64,000 nucleotides of DNA, from positions 10,728,001 to 10,792,000 of the forward strand of contig CM052818.1 of NCBI GenBank assembly GCA_028534125.1, given 5' to 3'. This document shows positions 1 through 13,400 of the stretch, in pieces. Below the pieces are notes generated by a model. The model was not told the DNA's origin. It saw only the letters and a program-made list of their open reading frames with translations, and did not search any database. Each line of letters starts with the position of its first letter. Position 1 is the stretch's first letter. Source of the DNA: Lama glama. Lineage: Eukaryota. A program made the translations under genes and the position numbers.

Positions 1-340
1 GGCAAAGTTCCCACAAGCAGTCATTGAGTCAACCAGAATGAAACATAGCTGCTTGTAGAATGTTCTCTCCCTGGAGCTGCACAAATAATTCTGAGGCTTC
101 CCATTAAAACCCGTGCCTATACCAGAGACAGAAATGTTGAATTTTGGGAAAGCAGTTTAAGGTACCACTTAATCTGTATCTAGATGAAAGTCCAGTATGA
201 TTCTCCAAACAACTATACTGCTAAAGCCACCCTTTGAAATAGACTATCTATTTAAAACTTGGTGTGGTGGAGGGCATACCACCAGGAGCCAAGGGTGTCT
301 GTCCAGTTCTGGCTCAACGGATTCATTGTCTGGCATTAAT

Positions 341-1062
341 GTGCTTTGAAACACTAGAAAACTATTTAAAATGCAAATCACCAGGCTCCTACCCCTAGAC
401 AGGGACTCTGCAGGTCTGAGATGGTACAAAGCATTGGACAATAAATGCTTTGCACTGTTATCTGTTGTCTGAGTAAGACAAATAAATTACTGCCTTCATG
501 AAGCTTTGAGTTGTGTGTGTGTGTGTGTGTGTGTTTGAGGAGGCAGGAGAAGTAACCAGTAAACACATGATAAATAAATGTTAACTTCAGAGACTGATAA
601 ATAAGATAAAAAGATATAATAAATGGATACACACATGGTTGTGTGGGGCTGTGCTTGCTAGTATGGACAGAAATTGCTTTTCAAGGGCTGGAATAGGGAG
701 GAAGAACCTGCCGTTTGGAGAGATGATGGAAGAAACTGCCAAGTAGAGGGACCAGCTGTGCAAAGACCTGAGACAGGGGCACCCTTCATGTGATTGACAG
801 CCATGAAGAAGGATTGGGCGGATAGGGAAAGTGGACTAGGGAAGAGGTAACCAAGAGGTCTGAGGGTGGACAAGGACATGTCCTGTGGTCTGTGGTGAGG
901 AGTGTGAAATCTGAGTGTAGATTTCTTTCTAATTGAATGGGCAGTTATGGAGTGACTGTTAGCAGTGGGATGATACAGTCCAACTTATGCTCTAAAGAGG
1001 CAGTGGAACAAGTGTCCCAGGTGATTCTAACTCAGGGGATCATCAGGAACACACTTTGAAAT
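341..1062 (+). mobile_element. MER5A-like hAT-Charlie MITE split in two (about 341-440 and 1007-1062) by an L2 insertion
   Basis: Left part 'aaaatgcaaatcaccaggctcctacccctaga...aggtctgagatgg' and right part 'aacaagtgtcccaggtgattct...acacactttga' match consecutive parts of the MER5A consensus as recalled. Confidence 0.6.
441..1003 (-). mobile_element. L2 LINE 3' fragment containing (TG)n at 512-533
   Basis: Antisense L2 motifs 'ctgccttcatgaagctt', 'gagggaccagctgtgcaaagacctgagacagg', 'gcagtgggatgatacagtccaacttatgctctaaagagg'. Confidence 0.65.
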
Positions 1063-2339
1063 TCTCAACTCACCTGTGATCTTTAATGATTTAACTTTCT
1101 GGGCTTTCATTTTCTTATTTATAAAATTTAATTCCAGACCATCTCTGTGTCACCGTATTGTAAAAAGTAAGTGTTCCCTTGGGAATATTATACAAAGACA
1201 ATTTTTTTTTAAAATAGGCTATTCATTTAATTTTACTTTTGTTTCAATAGCTAAGTTGGGAGATAATTTACTAGGAGATAATTCACATTTTGGCCACTGG
1301 GTTGGAAAGTCATGCTGTGGAACACTTGTAACCAACTTATTTTGCTTCTTTCCAGTATTCATTGTAAGTGGATTTCCCTTTTGTGTATGTGTGTGTTTGA
1401 GACAGATGGCAACTTTACAGCATGATGTTAGAAGAAAAAGTGTTTGGAAAGGGAAGAAGGAAGGCAAACAAGAAAAGCAAGCCTTGAATAAGCAATTTTT
1501 CTTAAAAGGAATACATTCTGGGACAGTTTATTTTTGTGATCTGCCTGGAATTTGGGGACAATGTGCTAGAATTCTCTTTTTGCCTTCAGCTGGCAAGCAG
1601 CCTAAAATAGGTGGGGACTTGGAAGAGAGACACAGTGTTTCTATTAAAATAAGGCTTTATTGAAAGCAGGACCAGTGGCTAAAGTTAGTCCTTGGCTTTT
1701 TTAAGGCACTATGGCTGGGTCTATGTGAGCATTGAAGTGGGGAATGGAAACTATTATCCAACTAGGGCACTTGGGCTCAAATATCTAAGTACATATCTTC
1801 AAATCATTCCAGGCCAAGTGGTGCGCTGTTTTTGGAAGAAAATATGAGTTATTTGGATGACTTCCTTAATTTCCCACTTTATTTATGGGGTAAATATGGT
1901 CTATATTTGAGCTGAGAATGAGTTTAATGTATTCTCCTCTTCCAGAAATACTTCTCTATAGTGTTTCTTCCATTCGATTTGGGGTTGTTACAGCTAATGC
2001 TTATAGGAAGAGCTCTCTGTGGCCTGGGGATCATCCTGGGGTCTGGTCACATCAAGCTCTTTCCCAACATTGCAACCACCCCCCAGGTGTATAGGGCTTG
2101 CTTCTAAGCCAAGTTCTGGTTCTTACAGGATCCAAAAGCAAATGCTTTTCCGTCACAATCAATAGTGGTTATTTTAAAATTTTCTATTTCAATCAGCCTT
2201 AAAACTTCAGAGTCATGATCAGTTCCTCATTTTCCCCATGCTTCCATCTCTGGCTGCAATTTATTGATTCTTTAACACACTTCCCAGATAACTATAGTAT
2301 TCATTAATATTTATTGGGGCTTAAGATATGTAAGTTGCA

Positions 2340-2500
2340 GTTTCAAGTTGATGATTTAATCCCGTTAATTCTCATGATAATTTTATTACGCTGATACAAT
2401 TATTTCACCATTTTACAGTTGAAGAAACAGAATATGAGACATTCAGGCATTCAATCCAGGTGGCAGAGCTAGTAAATAGTAGAGTAAGGGCTTGAACCTA
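2340..2500 (-). mobile_element. MIR SINE
   Basis: MIR core 'ccattttacagttgaagaaacaga...gagctagtaaatagtagagtaagggcttgaacc'. Confidence 0.7.
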
Positions 2501-2609
2501 CAAATTAGTTACTTCAGTAGACAAATAATGATTGTGTGAGTTCTGTGGGCTAGGGATTTGCTAAATGCTGGGAATTCAATAGAGGATGGAATAAACAGGA
2601 AACTAGGAG

Positions 2610-3377
2610 TAAAAGCGTAAAACTTTACTGAGAGGCATAAATCATTCAATGTAACGATGTAACTTGTTCATGATGGGAAGGTTGATTACTGTAAAGATGT
2701 CAGTCTTCCCAAATCATTTTTATTAATCTAGTACAGTTTCAAGAAAGAAATCATTTTATTTAATTAACATGGTTGTAAAATTCATTTTAAAAATAGAGTA
2801 AATATATAATTATTTTGTAAAGAAAGAGTAAAGAAATAAGAATTCTCTGTTTAACAGTGAAACCTACTACTAAATTTAAATAATCAAAATAGTGTAGTCG
2901 ATAGATGCATGCCATGAATCAGACTCAAATCTGTGAGAATGTAGGATGGGATACATATACTATCATAAACCTCAAGAGAAAGACATAGTTGATCAATAAA
3001 AGGTGTTAGGAGAATTGCTTTATAATTTTGAAAAATAAACTTAGAACATTGCCTCTTCCCTTACACTAAAATATATTATTGATAGTTTAAAAAGCTAAAT
3101 TAAAAAATATGAAGGCATTAAAGAAATATATAAGATATTTATCATGTCTTTAATGGGAAAGGACTTTATAAATATAGAAACAGTCACAGAAATAAAAAAT
3201 ATGTATGTCAAAGCATAAACAAAATTGGAAGGCAAATGATACATTGAGGTAAAATTTTTGCAATAATTATGCAAGACAAAAGGCATACTTATTTTATAAA
3301 AATCTTCTACAAATGGATAAAAAGAAATCCTAATCTTTTAAAATATGGGAAAGTAAATATAAGTAAGCATATATGTG

Positions 3378-3411
<34 letters not shown>

Positions 3412-3950
3412 AAGAGAAAAAAAGTATAATAAATGTATTTAACCTTACAACCAATCAAAACTATGTACATAAAAAATAACAAAATCCCACCATTTTAAAA
3501 TTAAGTCAGCATAAATATAGGCAATACTGTTATATTACTCACCATGATTATGAATGTGGGCAAAAGAGCTTGCTTACTTTGTGATGTGGAGATATGAACT
3601 GTTACAGTCTTTCCAACAGCAGATTTTTAATACGAATAAAGAGCTTTATATTTTCCAAACCAATGACTTGATAGTAGTCTTTTAAGATTTTATTGTAAGG
3701 AAATAATAAGAGATATATTTTTAAAAATCACGTAGACATTCTTTGTACCATTATTTATCAAACAAAAAATTTAGAAATAACATACCTGCCCAACAAAAAG
3801 AAATAGTTAAATTATGATATATACAGGACTATTATGAAATATGCAGCTACTTAAAATCATATTTTGAAAAAATATTTTATGGTATGGGGAAGTACTCATA
3901 ATAACAGGTAAAAATAAGCAAGAAACAACTATATATTTCATCCTTTAAAA
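2610..3950 (+). mobile_element. Old L1M (L1ME-like) ORF2 3' part and 3'UTR, degenerate
   Basis: A-rich L1 motifs 'aaaactttactgaga', 'gtaaagatgtcagtcttcccaaat', 'atgggaaaggactttataaata', 'atgcagctacttaaaatcat'; (TA)n(GA)n at about 3369-3409. Confidence 0.7.
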
Positions 3951-6011
3951 GAACTTTCCTTTTTCACTGAATAGGGATGCTCAAATCATAAAAGCTGGGA
4001 AATGAATACTCTCTGTATTTGTAACATGGGTAAATGGACACTCTATCATTATATGTCTGTATTTTTCTAGTTTTTTTTTTTCCTTGAGGAAATGTAATTT
4101 TTTTTTAAGAGGAAGAAAACTAATCCTAACGTTGGATCAAGTCAATTTCCTAGCCTAAAGGGGAAAACTGCTCTTGGATAGTATTTGGCCTGAGCAACCA
4201 AGTTTCTGTTAGGATGTGGCAATTCCTGTTTCCTCAACAGAACCTTTTTTTTTAAATCAGGGGAAACTTGAGTTCTCAGAATACTTAAAGGAATGTTTGG
4301 CTCACATTGTCATTTAAATTGTTTTAATTTCATTGAATTTTGTTTTATCTCCAGTAAAACGTTTTGAAATGGTCCTATGAAAGACCCTCTACAACCAAGC
4401 TATTGGCTGATCAATTTGATTAGCAGTTAGGAATTATAAATGGAAGATAAAACGAGTCTTTTCTTGTTATGCAGCCCTGGTAATAAATGGCAAGTACATA
4501 TTTTGTGAGGCTTTTATTCTTAGAAAGAAAGCAAAAGGATATAATAGGTTTTTTAAATACATGGCACATAATTTATTCTGACAAACAGATGTATTTTGTT
4601 GTTGCTATTATCATTTGATGAAATACTTTAAAACTAGTCCAAGGTGGTCCATTTTCAAATATAATACATACAGTACATCTAGCAGTTAACAAAATTTGGA
4701 TGTGTAGCGTAGAATGGTCATTATTTTTACTGAAAAAAAAATAAAGGCACTAATTACTTACAGACAAGATACTTAGCACAAACAGATAAGCTTCAAAATG
4801 AAAAATTCTCGGTTTATGATAATTATGTTCTCTGCTTTGTTTTCAGAGACTGATAATTTGAGGCTTTAAAATCACCAGGAAGCCATTAATTGGAATTCTT
4901 CAATAAAAAATAAATTACATAGAAGTTCATGATGAGTTGTAAAAGCAGAGAGACTGTATTATACAGTGAGCGACATTGCTTCACTATTTATAGCCTTATG
5001 CAGATATGTCTAACAGAAAACTGTACAGAATTTGAGATGTGCAGATAGCAATTATTCACAGATCCAAATTATCTACAGATATTTCAAATAACAGCTTTTA
5101 GCAGATCTCTACACCCATACAGGCAGGGTTTTAATTTGAAGCAGGGATTTGCTAAACATGTTGCTTCTTGTTCTTTTGACATTGTCCTTGCCTTTCTACG
5201 GCCATCTCAGATCATAGCTTCAGAAGAGACATATCTTCACATAATGTGGCACAGTATTGCCTGCCCGAACCCCTGCCACAAAAGCGTAATACAGCCCTGT
5301 GTATAAGCAGGTGCCTTTTAGAGATGATGCCTGTCACTGAGGGGCTGGGTTGCCTGTCTGTATAGGTTAGCTGAGCAATCTCAGCTTCAGAATGTTACCT
5401 TCTTAATTCCTCTAAAGAAAACCAAATCACTGTGGATCCTAATCTGTCATGCTCAGAGCTAGAGGTGAGAGTTGAGGAAGAGATGGGGGTTCCAGAATAA
5501 CCTTTTGGGGATGTTCCAAGAGGAAAGCAAATCCACTCTGGGTAAGGGAAGCAGGCAGGTAGCAATGATAACTGGTGCTGTGTGGGTGAATGTCAAGGGG
5601 TGCCCCACACGTGCCAGTCTATAATTGGATGGTGAATGTGACTCTGATACTGAAGTCTGGATGCTTTGGGCCTCCCTCTCTGGTATTAGTATGAAGACAC
5701 TGGCATCACTCATGCCCATTGTACTGGGAAAGAAAAGGATTTCTATGGTGGTGGCAAAGACCATCCTCTAGTGAAAAGAGAATGGAGGGGCCTGGAGTTA
5801 TAAGAAGGAAGTTGGGATTCAGTTTCAATTTTTTTTAAGATACCTGCCTCAGCCATTCTGTCAGTAATTCCGTAAGGTACACTGCAGTCTGTTCAGAATT
5901 GTGGGAGAGTCAGATAAAATATTGCGAATATGATGGGAGACTGGGGAGAGTAGTCAGATGCACATGTAGGAGGCCTCTTGGTTCTGTGAAATGAGTGCAA
6001 ATTTTATAATC

Positions 6012-6398
6012 TGTATTTGCCAGGATAGGCTAGGTTACAATGCTTCAGTTAAAAAAAAAATCCTCAAATCTCAGAGGCTTGATACAACCAAGGTTGACTT
6101 CTCCTTCTCCAATGCTCTGTGTTTAATGTAGGTTGCCAGGAGGCTCTGCTCATCATAGCCACTCAGGGACCAAGGCTGATGGGGAAACTCCCTCTTGACC
6201 ACAGAAGTGAAAAGGGAATGTGATGGATTGTTCATTGACCACTCCGAAGTAACATATGTTTCTTCTGCTCACATTTTATAGGTCAGAGCAAGTCACATGG
6301 TCACTCATAACTTGCTTGTGAGGCAGAGAAGTACAGTCCTATCATGAATTTGAGAAGAGAACTAGAATATCTATGGACCATCCTAGTGAGTGGCTACC
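6012..6398 (-). mobile_element. MaLR solo LTR (MLT1K-like)
   Basis: 'caggataggctaggtta...caaatctcagaggcttga', 'cactcagggaccaaggctgatgg', 'ttctgctcacattt...agcaagtcacatggtc'. Confidence 0.7.
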
Positions 6399-6399
6399 T

Positions 6400-6863
6400 T
6401 GGTTTCCTAGGGTTGCTGTAACAAATTACCACAAACTTGGTGACTTAAAACCATACAAGTTTATTCTCTTACATTTCTGGAGGTCAGATATCTGAACTCA
6501 GTTTCTCTTGGCCAAAATCAGGACATAGATAGGGCCATGCTCCCTCCATAGGCTCTAAGGGAGATCTGTTTCCTTGTTTTTCCGGTGTCTAAAGATGCAT
6601 TTCTTGCATTTCTTGGCTGTGGTCTTTTCCTCCATTTTCAAAACCAGCAGGAGCCTCTTCTTTCAGTCCTCACACTGCCACTTTCTCTGTAGTCAGTTCT
6701 CTCTCTTCCTCCCTTTTGTACGGACATTTGTGATTACATTTGGCATTTGGGGCCCACCTGGATAATCCAAGATACTCTCTCCATTTCAATATCCTTAATT
6801 ACATCTGAAAGTTCATTTTGTCATATAAGGTAATATTCAAATGTTCTAGGGATCAGGACCTGG
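6400..6863 (-). mobile_element. MaLR solo LTR (MLT1C/D-like)
   Basis: 'gttgctgtaacaaattaccacaaacttggtgacttaaaac', 'gggcccacctggataatccaagat', 'atataaggtaatattca'. Confidence 0.8.
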
Positions 6864-6879
6864 TTTATAACTTTGAAAC

Positions 6880-8900
6880 TGTTAGAATATATTAAAAAAA
6901 TGGAGCAAGAAAATGTTATTATTTTAACAAAAGGCAAAATGAAAACACAAAAACAAAAACCCCAGGAGAAACAAGAATATATGGCTCATTAAAGTGTAAA
7001 TGCAATGGAAGGGCTCTATCTCAAAATATCACTAACTACTTTACATTTGAATGGATTAAATTTTTCTTTTAAAATATTTGCTTTCTAGTTGTCTAGTAAT
7101 AGTAATAACCAGCCAGATATTATTTAAAATAAACATACCAAAACCATATAACATAGAAGGATTGAATATAAAAGAACTGAAAAAATAGACCAGCAAATGT
7201 CAATTTTAAAAGAAAGCATTTCAATATTAATATGACAGAGTTAAACTAAAAAATAGATGCACTAGATCCAACAAAGAGGACTATCATACAGTCACTAAAG
7301 ATATAATTCAACTAGAAGATACAATAATCATGAATTTTTGTGTATCTGAAAATATACCTTTGAAATATATACATATATATGTATATATAAGCCTTTTATA
7401 AAGCAAAGAGAAAGTGACAAAATCCATAATCAGAGATAAAAACGTTAACATACTTCTCTCAAAAAATAAATCAGTGGGCAAATATTAAGTGAAGCTAGAG
7501 GGACTTAAGTAATATAATGAAAAGTCTCAGTTATATATCTATATATAGATTTGTAATTATTCTCATACTGGGTATAAGTGTACAGGGTATAAATGATAAC
7601 ACCCAATAATCAGAAAAGGTACATTCTTTTCAGATTTAGTGAAACATTTAAAAATTGAATAATGTATTAGTCTAGAGAAAAAAATCTCAGTAAACTCTAA
7701 ATCATAGAAGTCACTAGTCCAAATTCCCTGACTACAGAAAAATAAAATCAGAAATTAACCAAAAGAAGTATAGACAAATGTTCTTTTTATTTAGAAATTA
7801 AAAATTGGAATAAATAAATGTTCTCATTTACTTTAGGAAAAATTGACAGATGTTAAGTGGATTTTGGAAATTGTGAAAGAATATATGAATAATATTATTT
7901 CTATAAATTTAGAAATTTAGATGAAATAGATGTTGTTCTAGAATTGACCCAATAAAATTGATCAAATAAAAATTAGAAAATTTTAATAGACCTATAATGA
8001 TAAAAGTAACTTAAAAATGTGTCAAAATTTGGTTCTATAAAAATATTAGACTTAGCTTTAGAATGTATTCTACCAAAAATTTAAGGAAAAGATAATTTTC
8101 TGTATTTCATTAACGTTTCTAGACCATTAAAAATGATGGAAATCTACCCAAATGATTTTGCTAAGTTTACAAGCATGACACACAAGAATAAAACTATAGA
8201 CCAATATTGCTTGTACTATAGATGTAAATACCCTGGATAATATGATAAAGCAAAACAAAAAAAATTAAATTCATCAGTGGTTCAGAAGAGTTGTATATCC
8301 TCACCTGCTAGGATTTATTCTGAGAATGCAAGAATATACGATGTTTGGGAATATATTAATGAAATGTACTATATTAACAGATTAAAAAGGTAAAATAATA
8401 TAGTAATCTAGTCTGAGGAGAGGTGGAGAGGATTTGATAAAATCAGCTCTTACTGAATTTGGTAGTATCTATTAAAATATGTGTGCCTTCTATCCCAGCA
8501 ATTCATATTTTAAGCTTATATGTTAGGGGGGAAAATGCTTGTTACTATGTGCAAAGAAACATGGACAAGAATGTTCATTTTGATATTGTTGGTAACAAGT
8601 TAGAAGTAAAAACTGTACAAATGACTACTAGTGGGAGATACAGAAGACATGGAAAGATCACCAAAGCATTTTGTTTTGTTACAAAACAGGCAGAATGGTC
8701 CATATAGTATGATTCTTATTTATGTTAAAACAAGACAAAAATTAAGCTTATGTGTATAAATACATAAAGAAAGCCTTGAAGGATACATGCCAAAATGATA
8801 ACTATGGTTACCTTTGGTGAGGGAAATGGGATTGGGGTGTGGAAGCAGGGATGCTACTCTACATATTTAAATTTTGCTTAATATTCATAAGTCTAACTAT
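6880..8900 (+). mobile_element. Old L1M ORF2 fragments and 3'UTR, degenerate
   Basis: EN-region-like 'ttgaatggattaaat', 'tacattcttttcag', RT-region-like 'aactatagaccaatattgctt', 'ggatttattctgagaatgcaaga', 3'UTR 'atcccagcaattcatattttaag'. Confidence 0.7.
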
Positions 8901-10069
8901 ATGTGCTTTTTAAAATCACCAAAATGCATTCAAAAATTAATTGCATAAAAAGAATTTTAAGAAAACACCAAAGGAAGAAGGGCTGCACTTGTAAACCCCT
9001 CATTGATCCTGCTGCATTAGGCAGAAATATGTATTTCCTTTGTGGAAGTAAGCTATCCATTAATTTTTCAGATCATGTGCAAGCCATCCCTTCTGAGCGT
9101 GTAGCTGCCGTGACTGGTGTTCTGTGTCCAGCAGCACCCTTAGATGTATACTTGAGTTTCTTCAGCAACTCTTTCTACCAGAAGGAAATGCTCTGTTCAG
9201 TTGCTAGGTTCTTATATTTAGTTTATCTCTATTCTAAAATGATTAAACTAGCCACTTGTTGGATTAAATAATGAATCCATGCAAACCTACACCACAGTCC
9301 CTGAAATTCTCAGTATTTGACTTTTTTGCTTTCTGCTTCTTTAAATACCTAGGTTTGTGCAACACATCCAGAAGCTTTTTATAATGTTTTAAATGTAATG
9401 CTAATTCCTCCATTACTTAAAAGTGACAAATTCACATCTTTTCATAACCTAATGACACAGCCAGCATGAGTTTATGGAGACAGTGTAACAATATCAAGAT
9501 AAAATAAAGCAATATTGGCCAGTGTCTGTGAACATGTTTTAATGTCAAGACGCAGTGGGGCAGAGTTGGGAACAATGCCACACAATAAAAAATATTGGGT
9601 CTCTGTGGGCATGGAAACAGCTCATAATTCTTGTTGAATAAACCCACGGTAAATCATATGAAATCAATTGATAAGAGATCCCCAGCAGATTAAAAATTGT
9701 CTCCTTCCCTTCATTAATAAGTGGCTGTAGTCCAGAGTTGATTGTTGACGAGACTCATTTTGATAAATGCCTTCTTACTCACTGAAAAGAAACTTGCCAT
9801 AATGAGACATTGTCTTCTATTTCTTCTGTCAATTTTATATTTCTGTGTTGCCATCGAGGGAGGAGGGAAAGGGAGAATTCCACTGAACTGACAGCTGTGG
9901 CTAGAGAATTTCTTGACATCTAAATTATCCACACTATATTCTGTCTTCCTTCACACATTTTACCACCAGGAAGCTTTAACAAAATTACACACACACAAGC
10001 CCATCCAATCATGTACTATAGAATGCCTGCAACTCTGGACTAGAGACAGCAAAGATACCCTGGGGCTTT

Positions 10070-10480
10070 GATTTCTGTTTCAGATGGTGTTCTCTGGGAA
10101 GCAGACCCTAAGGTGGAGATTAGCATGAAAGAAGTTGATTGAGGAAATGTGGGAATGTTCTAGGGACAAAACCTATTAGGAGTGAGGGGAGCAAGGTTTG
10201 TCCAAAGAAGTAACAGGGCTACAATGCAATGACAGCAAAGACCTTGTCTGATCCCTTGGAGTGCCCTGCAGCTGGGCTGTTCCTGCAGACATGTCCTTCA
10301 GTTGGTTCAAGGGGCAGATTCTTTAGAGCTTGCATTGGATGTGGGCTGTTTTAGGAACAGGATCTGACCTTGGTGAGGTGGCTGTCTTCAGCAAAGGATT
10401 CTCAGAAGGGATTTCCAGCTGTCACTTGTCACGTACCCAGCAGCTGGAGAGTTGAGTACCTCATCTTGGAGGGCAGGACC
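10070..10480 (-). mobile_element. ERVL-class solo LTR (LTR16/LTR33 group)
   Basis: 'gggaagcagaccctaaggtggagattagcatgaaagaagttgattgagg' terminal motif; 'cattggatgtgggctg...gaccttggtgaggtggctgtcttcagc'. Confidence 0.55.
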
Positions 10481-13400
10481 TGGCCACCAGAGTCTTCTCA
10501 TTATCTGATGTTAGTTGATGCCCCTGTTACTTGAGTTCTAGCCTAAACATTAATTGGAATATCACTGCATTATCAGTTACCTCAGTTAAGTGACTCCACT
10601 TCTATGTAAAATGAAAAGGTTGAACTCATGACTAGGTTATTCCACCTATGAATTCTGTGTACTAAGGATTTTCTTGCTGGAATGTTTTAAGCATCAAGGT
10701 TTAAAATAGAAGTGCAACAATTCACTTAGTTTCTCATGTCTTTGGTGGACAAACCCACTTCATTTTTTTTACATGCTTTTGTTTAAGCCTCTCTTGGATG
10801 ACTGGGGTGAAAGGAGGTCACAGGCATCTTTGACAGTCTGAAATTTTCAGGAACAGTTCCAAAATTTAATTAAGTACTGATTGTCTTCTATGCACATGAG
10901 AGAGAAGAAAAAAACCTTCAGAAATAACAGAATTAAGCATGCTCTATTTTGTAGCCTTGTAATGACCTCCAGCAAATGCCTGACCTACTTCTGAAGGCCT
11001 TGAGTCCACTTGCATGAACACGATGTCTTAAAAAGCTGACTTGGAAATCAAAGTCAAAACCTGGCACCATCCATGGTAATGGATCAGGGAGGGATGTCCT
11101 GTGCTATTGGTAGAAAAGACAAAATTTAAAACAGAATGAAAATTGCCTCCAGTCACTTAATTTGGAGGCAGCACAGGAATTGTGCAGCATTTCAGTCTGA
11201 TGGTACCTTGAATTAAAAGAACGAATCTGCAGTGGGTTTTCTTATTACACTGATGGTGTTGGGAACAGATATTTCCCCAGCTATATTAATACCTAGAGGC
11301 AGCAACTCCTGCCTGCCCCCGTGAGGTTAACTAGTAAGCAGTGCTCTGTGAAGGCCCCCAAATGTTTTGTGTTTCAGATTCTTACCTGCTGCAACTGAAG
11401 CCAAAGCCGTCATTGGTCAGCAGAAACAGTGCTTTTGCTGTTTTTCATTATAAGGCAAAATTCACACCAAGAGGCGAAGAAGGGATTATGTCAGAGAAGT
11501 CTTGGACTTAGAGCTGATCTAAGAGTTATTCCTTTGTCACAGGAGAAGGCCCAAGGAGAGTGAATTTTCTACCTTGTCATTCCTGGTGTAAGTCACTTAC
11601 ATGCCCATGCTGTGGCTCATTGACCCCTAGTCTTGTGACTTACTTCAGTGAAAAAACTTTATTTCCATTAAATAACTTTAGGAAATACTATTTCCTACAT
11701 CCCTGTCTTGCAGATTCATAGCAAACATTAGTGTATTAAAAGATCATGTTCTCCTGCCTTAAAAGAAAAAAATCTGGTGAATCCAGGTTTTTCCAGTCTT
11801 ACTTGATTTTTAGTCCTCCCTCCCTTTTTGGTCATACCTTCGTAATTCCCACAAAATGTACTGCAGACCAGTTTGGGAATTGCTGTTTGAGCTGAACTTT
11901 CAGACTGTCAGGCAGGGTCAAAGGCCATATCAGTGCTCTTCTTATGAGTCTAACCTGTCTGCCTCCTCTAGGAATCCTCTGATCGCCCTGTGAAGGTGCA
12001 CCTCAGGTTAAGGAGGACTTCTCATGATTAATAGTCAAATCTCCTCTCACCTCCCTTCACCTCCCCTCCCCTTTCCTGCCTTTCTCTTCTCTCTTTTCCA
12101 CTCCTTCTTTTTCCTTTAAGCCAAAATAGCACTCTCAGCATAGGATCACCCCAGTTTGGTTATAAACTCTCAGTATGTTACAGACAACTTTAGGTCTCCA
12201 CTCTGCTTTGCTCATAGTAAACCTTCAATAAATATTGATGGATAGTTGAAGAATGCCAAGTGATGGACTAGATGACTGAGAGAATCTATCCAAAGAGCAT
12301 GTGTTGTTAAGAACACGGATAATCTAGAGGCAAGAGAATCCTGGGGATGGGTGGTGGTTCTGCAAAAAGTTTTCTCGTCTTCCTGGAGCTCCATCCAGAT
12401 GTGTGGGATTCAGAGCAGCATGACTGGGATCCAGAATGATGTCGGACCTCAGGAAATACGTGTGGATGATGATGTGTTCCCCTGGATCAAACCACAGCCC
12501 GTTTGACTGCCTTTGTTCTTTTAGTCAAGAAGGTACAAGAAAATCTCAATATTTTCATCACACCTTTAGTTTCTTATCCCCCAAGGATGCTATTCAATTC
12601 TGAAAGCCCTTGAGAAGCTCCCCAAGGTACACTGTTTCTTGCTTTCACCACATCCCCCGCTTATAACGTTTTTTTATTTTGGTTCCTTGAAAAACGCTAT
12701 AACAGCCTTTTACTGTAAATAGTGGCTACTACCCTCTGATTTACCTCTCCCAAAAGAAAGACACAAAAGCAACTCCAGTGTGAAGTTTAAGGAGGAGGTG
12801 GTGGCTATTACACTACTAGGATTCATATGACATTATAAATTTCTATAAAAATAGGAATCACAGAGAATCTGCTTTGCTTTCAGGCAACTGGTTACCTTAT
12901 AGAAAATTCCACTTCTCTTCACTGCAGAGCATGGGTGGGTATTTCCAAGAATGAATCTAGATTTCTCTTTAGGAAAATAGATCAATAGATATACATATAT
13001 AAGTTTATATACTCTGGGATTACCATATCAACTTTTATTTGTAAGTGTAAATGATGTTTCCTATGTATCCTATTTATTTTTTTGAAAAAATATATATGGA
13101 GTCTGTGAAAGTGCCTACAGGTAGACACATGAATGCATAAAATGTTCAAATGCATTTTTTCACAGATATAGTTGCGAGAAATTTTATTTTGTATTGTTCA
13201 CTGTAGAAAGGAAACTTAACAAAGAAGACACAAAATTATGAAATTGAACTCTGGACTCTAAAGTGACAAAAAAGGCCCAGCATAACTATCTAATTTCTTC
13301 ATTTTTAGAATTTCAGTCAACCAAGTGACACATTGCCTGCCATTCCATACAGTCACTGTGCCCAAGAAGCGTTCCAGACTTCCAGGTTTACTTGATGAGA

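Noticed and set aside
1076..1663. 195-aa ORF, the longest in the track
   Set aside because: Starts at GTG, F/K-rich composition reflecting AT-rich DNA, no recognisable domain or exon structure
4825..4914. Acceptor followed by two AATAAA as a terminal exon
   Set aside because: Both motifs are common in AT-rich DNA and nothing else supports it
11680..11890. Possible hAT-Charlie MER remnant
   Set aside because: Only the terminal 'cagtttgggaattgctg' is suggestive; family and boundaries could not be supported
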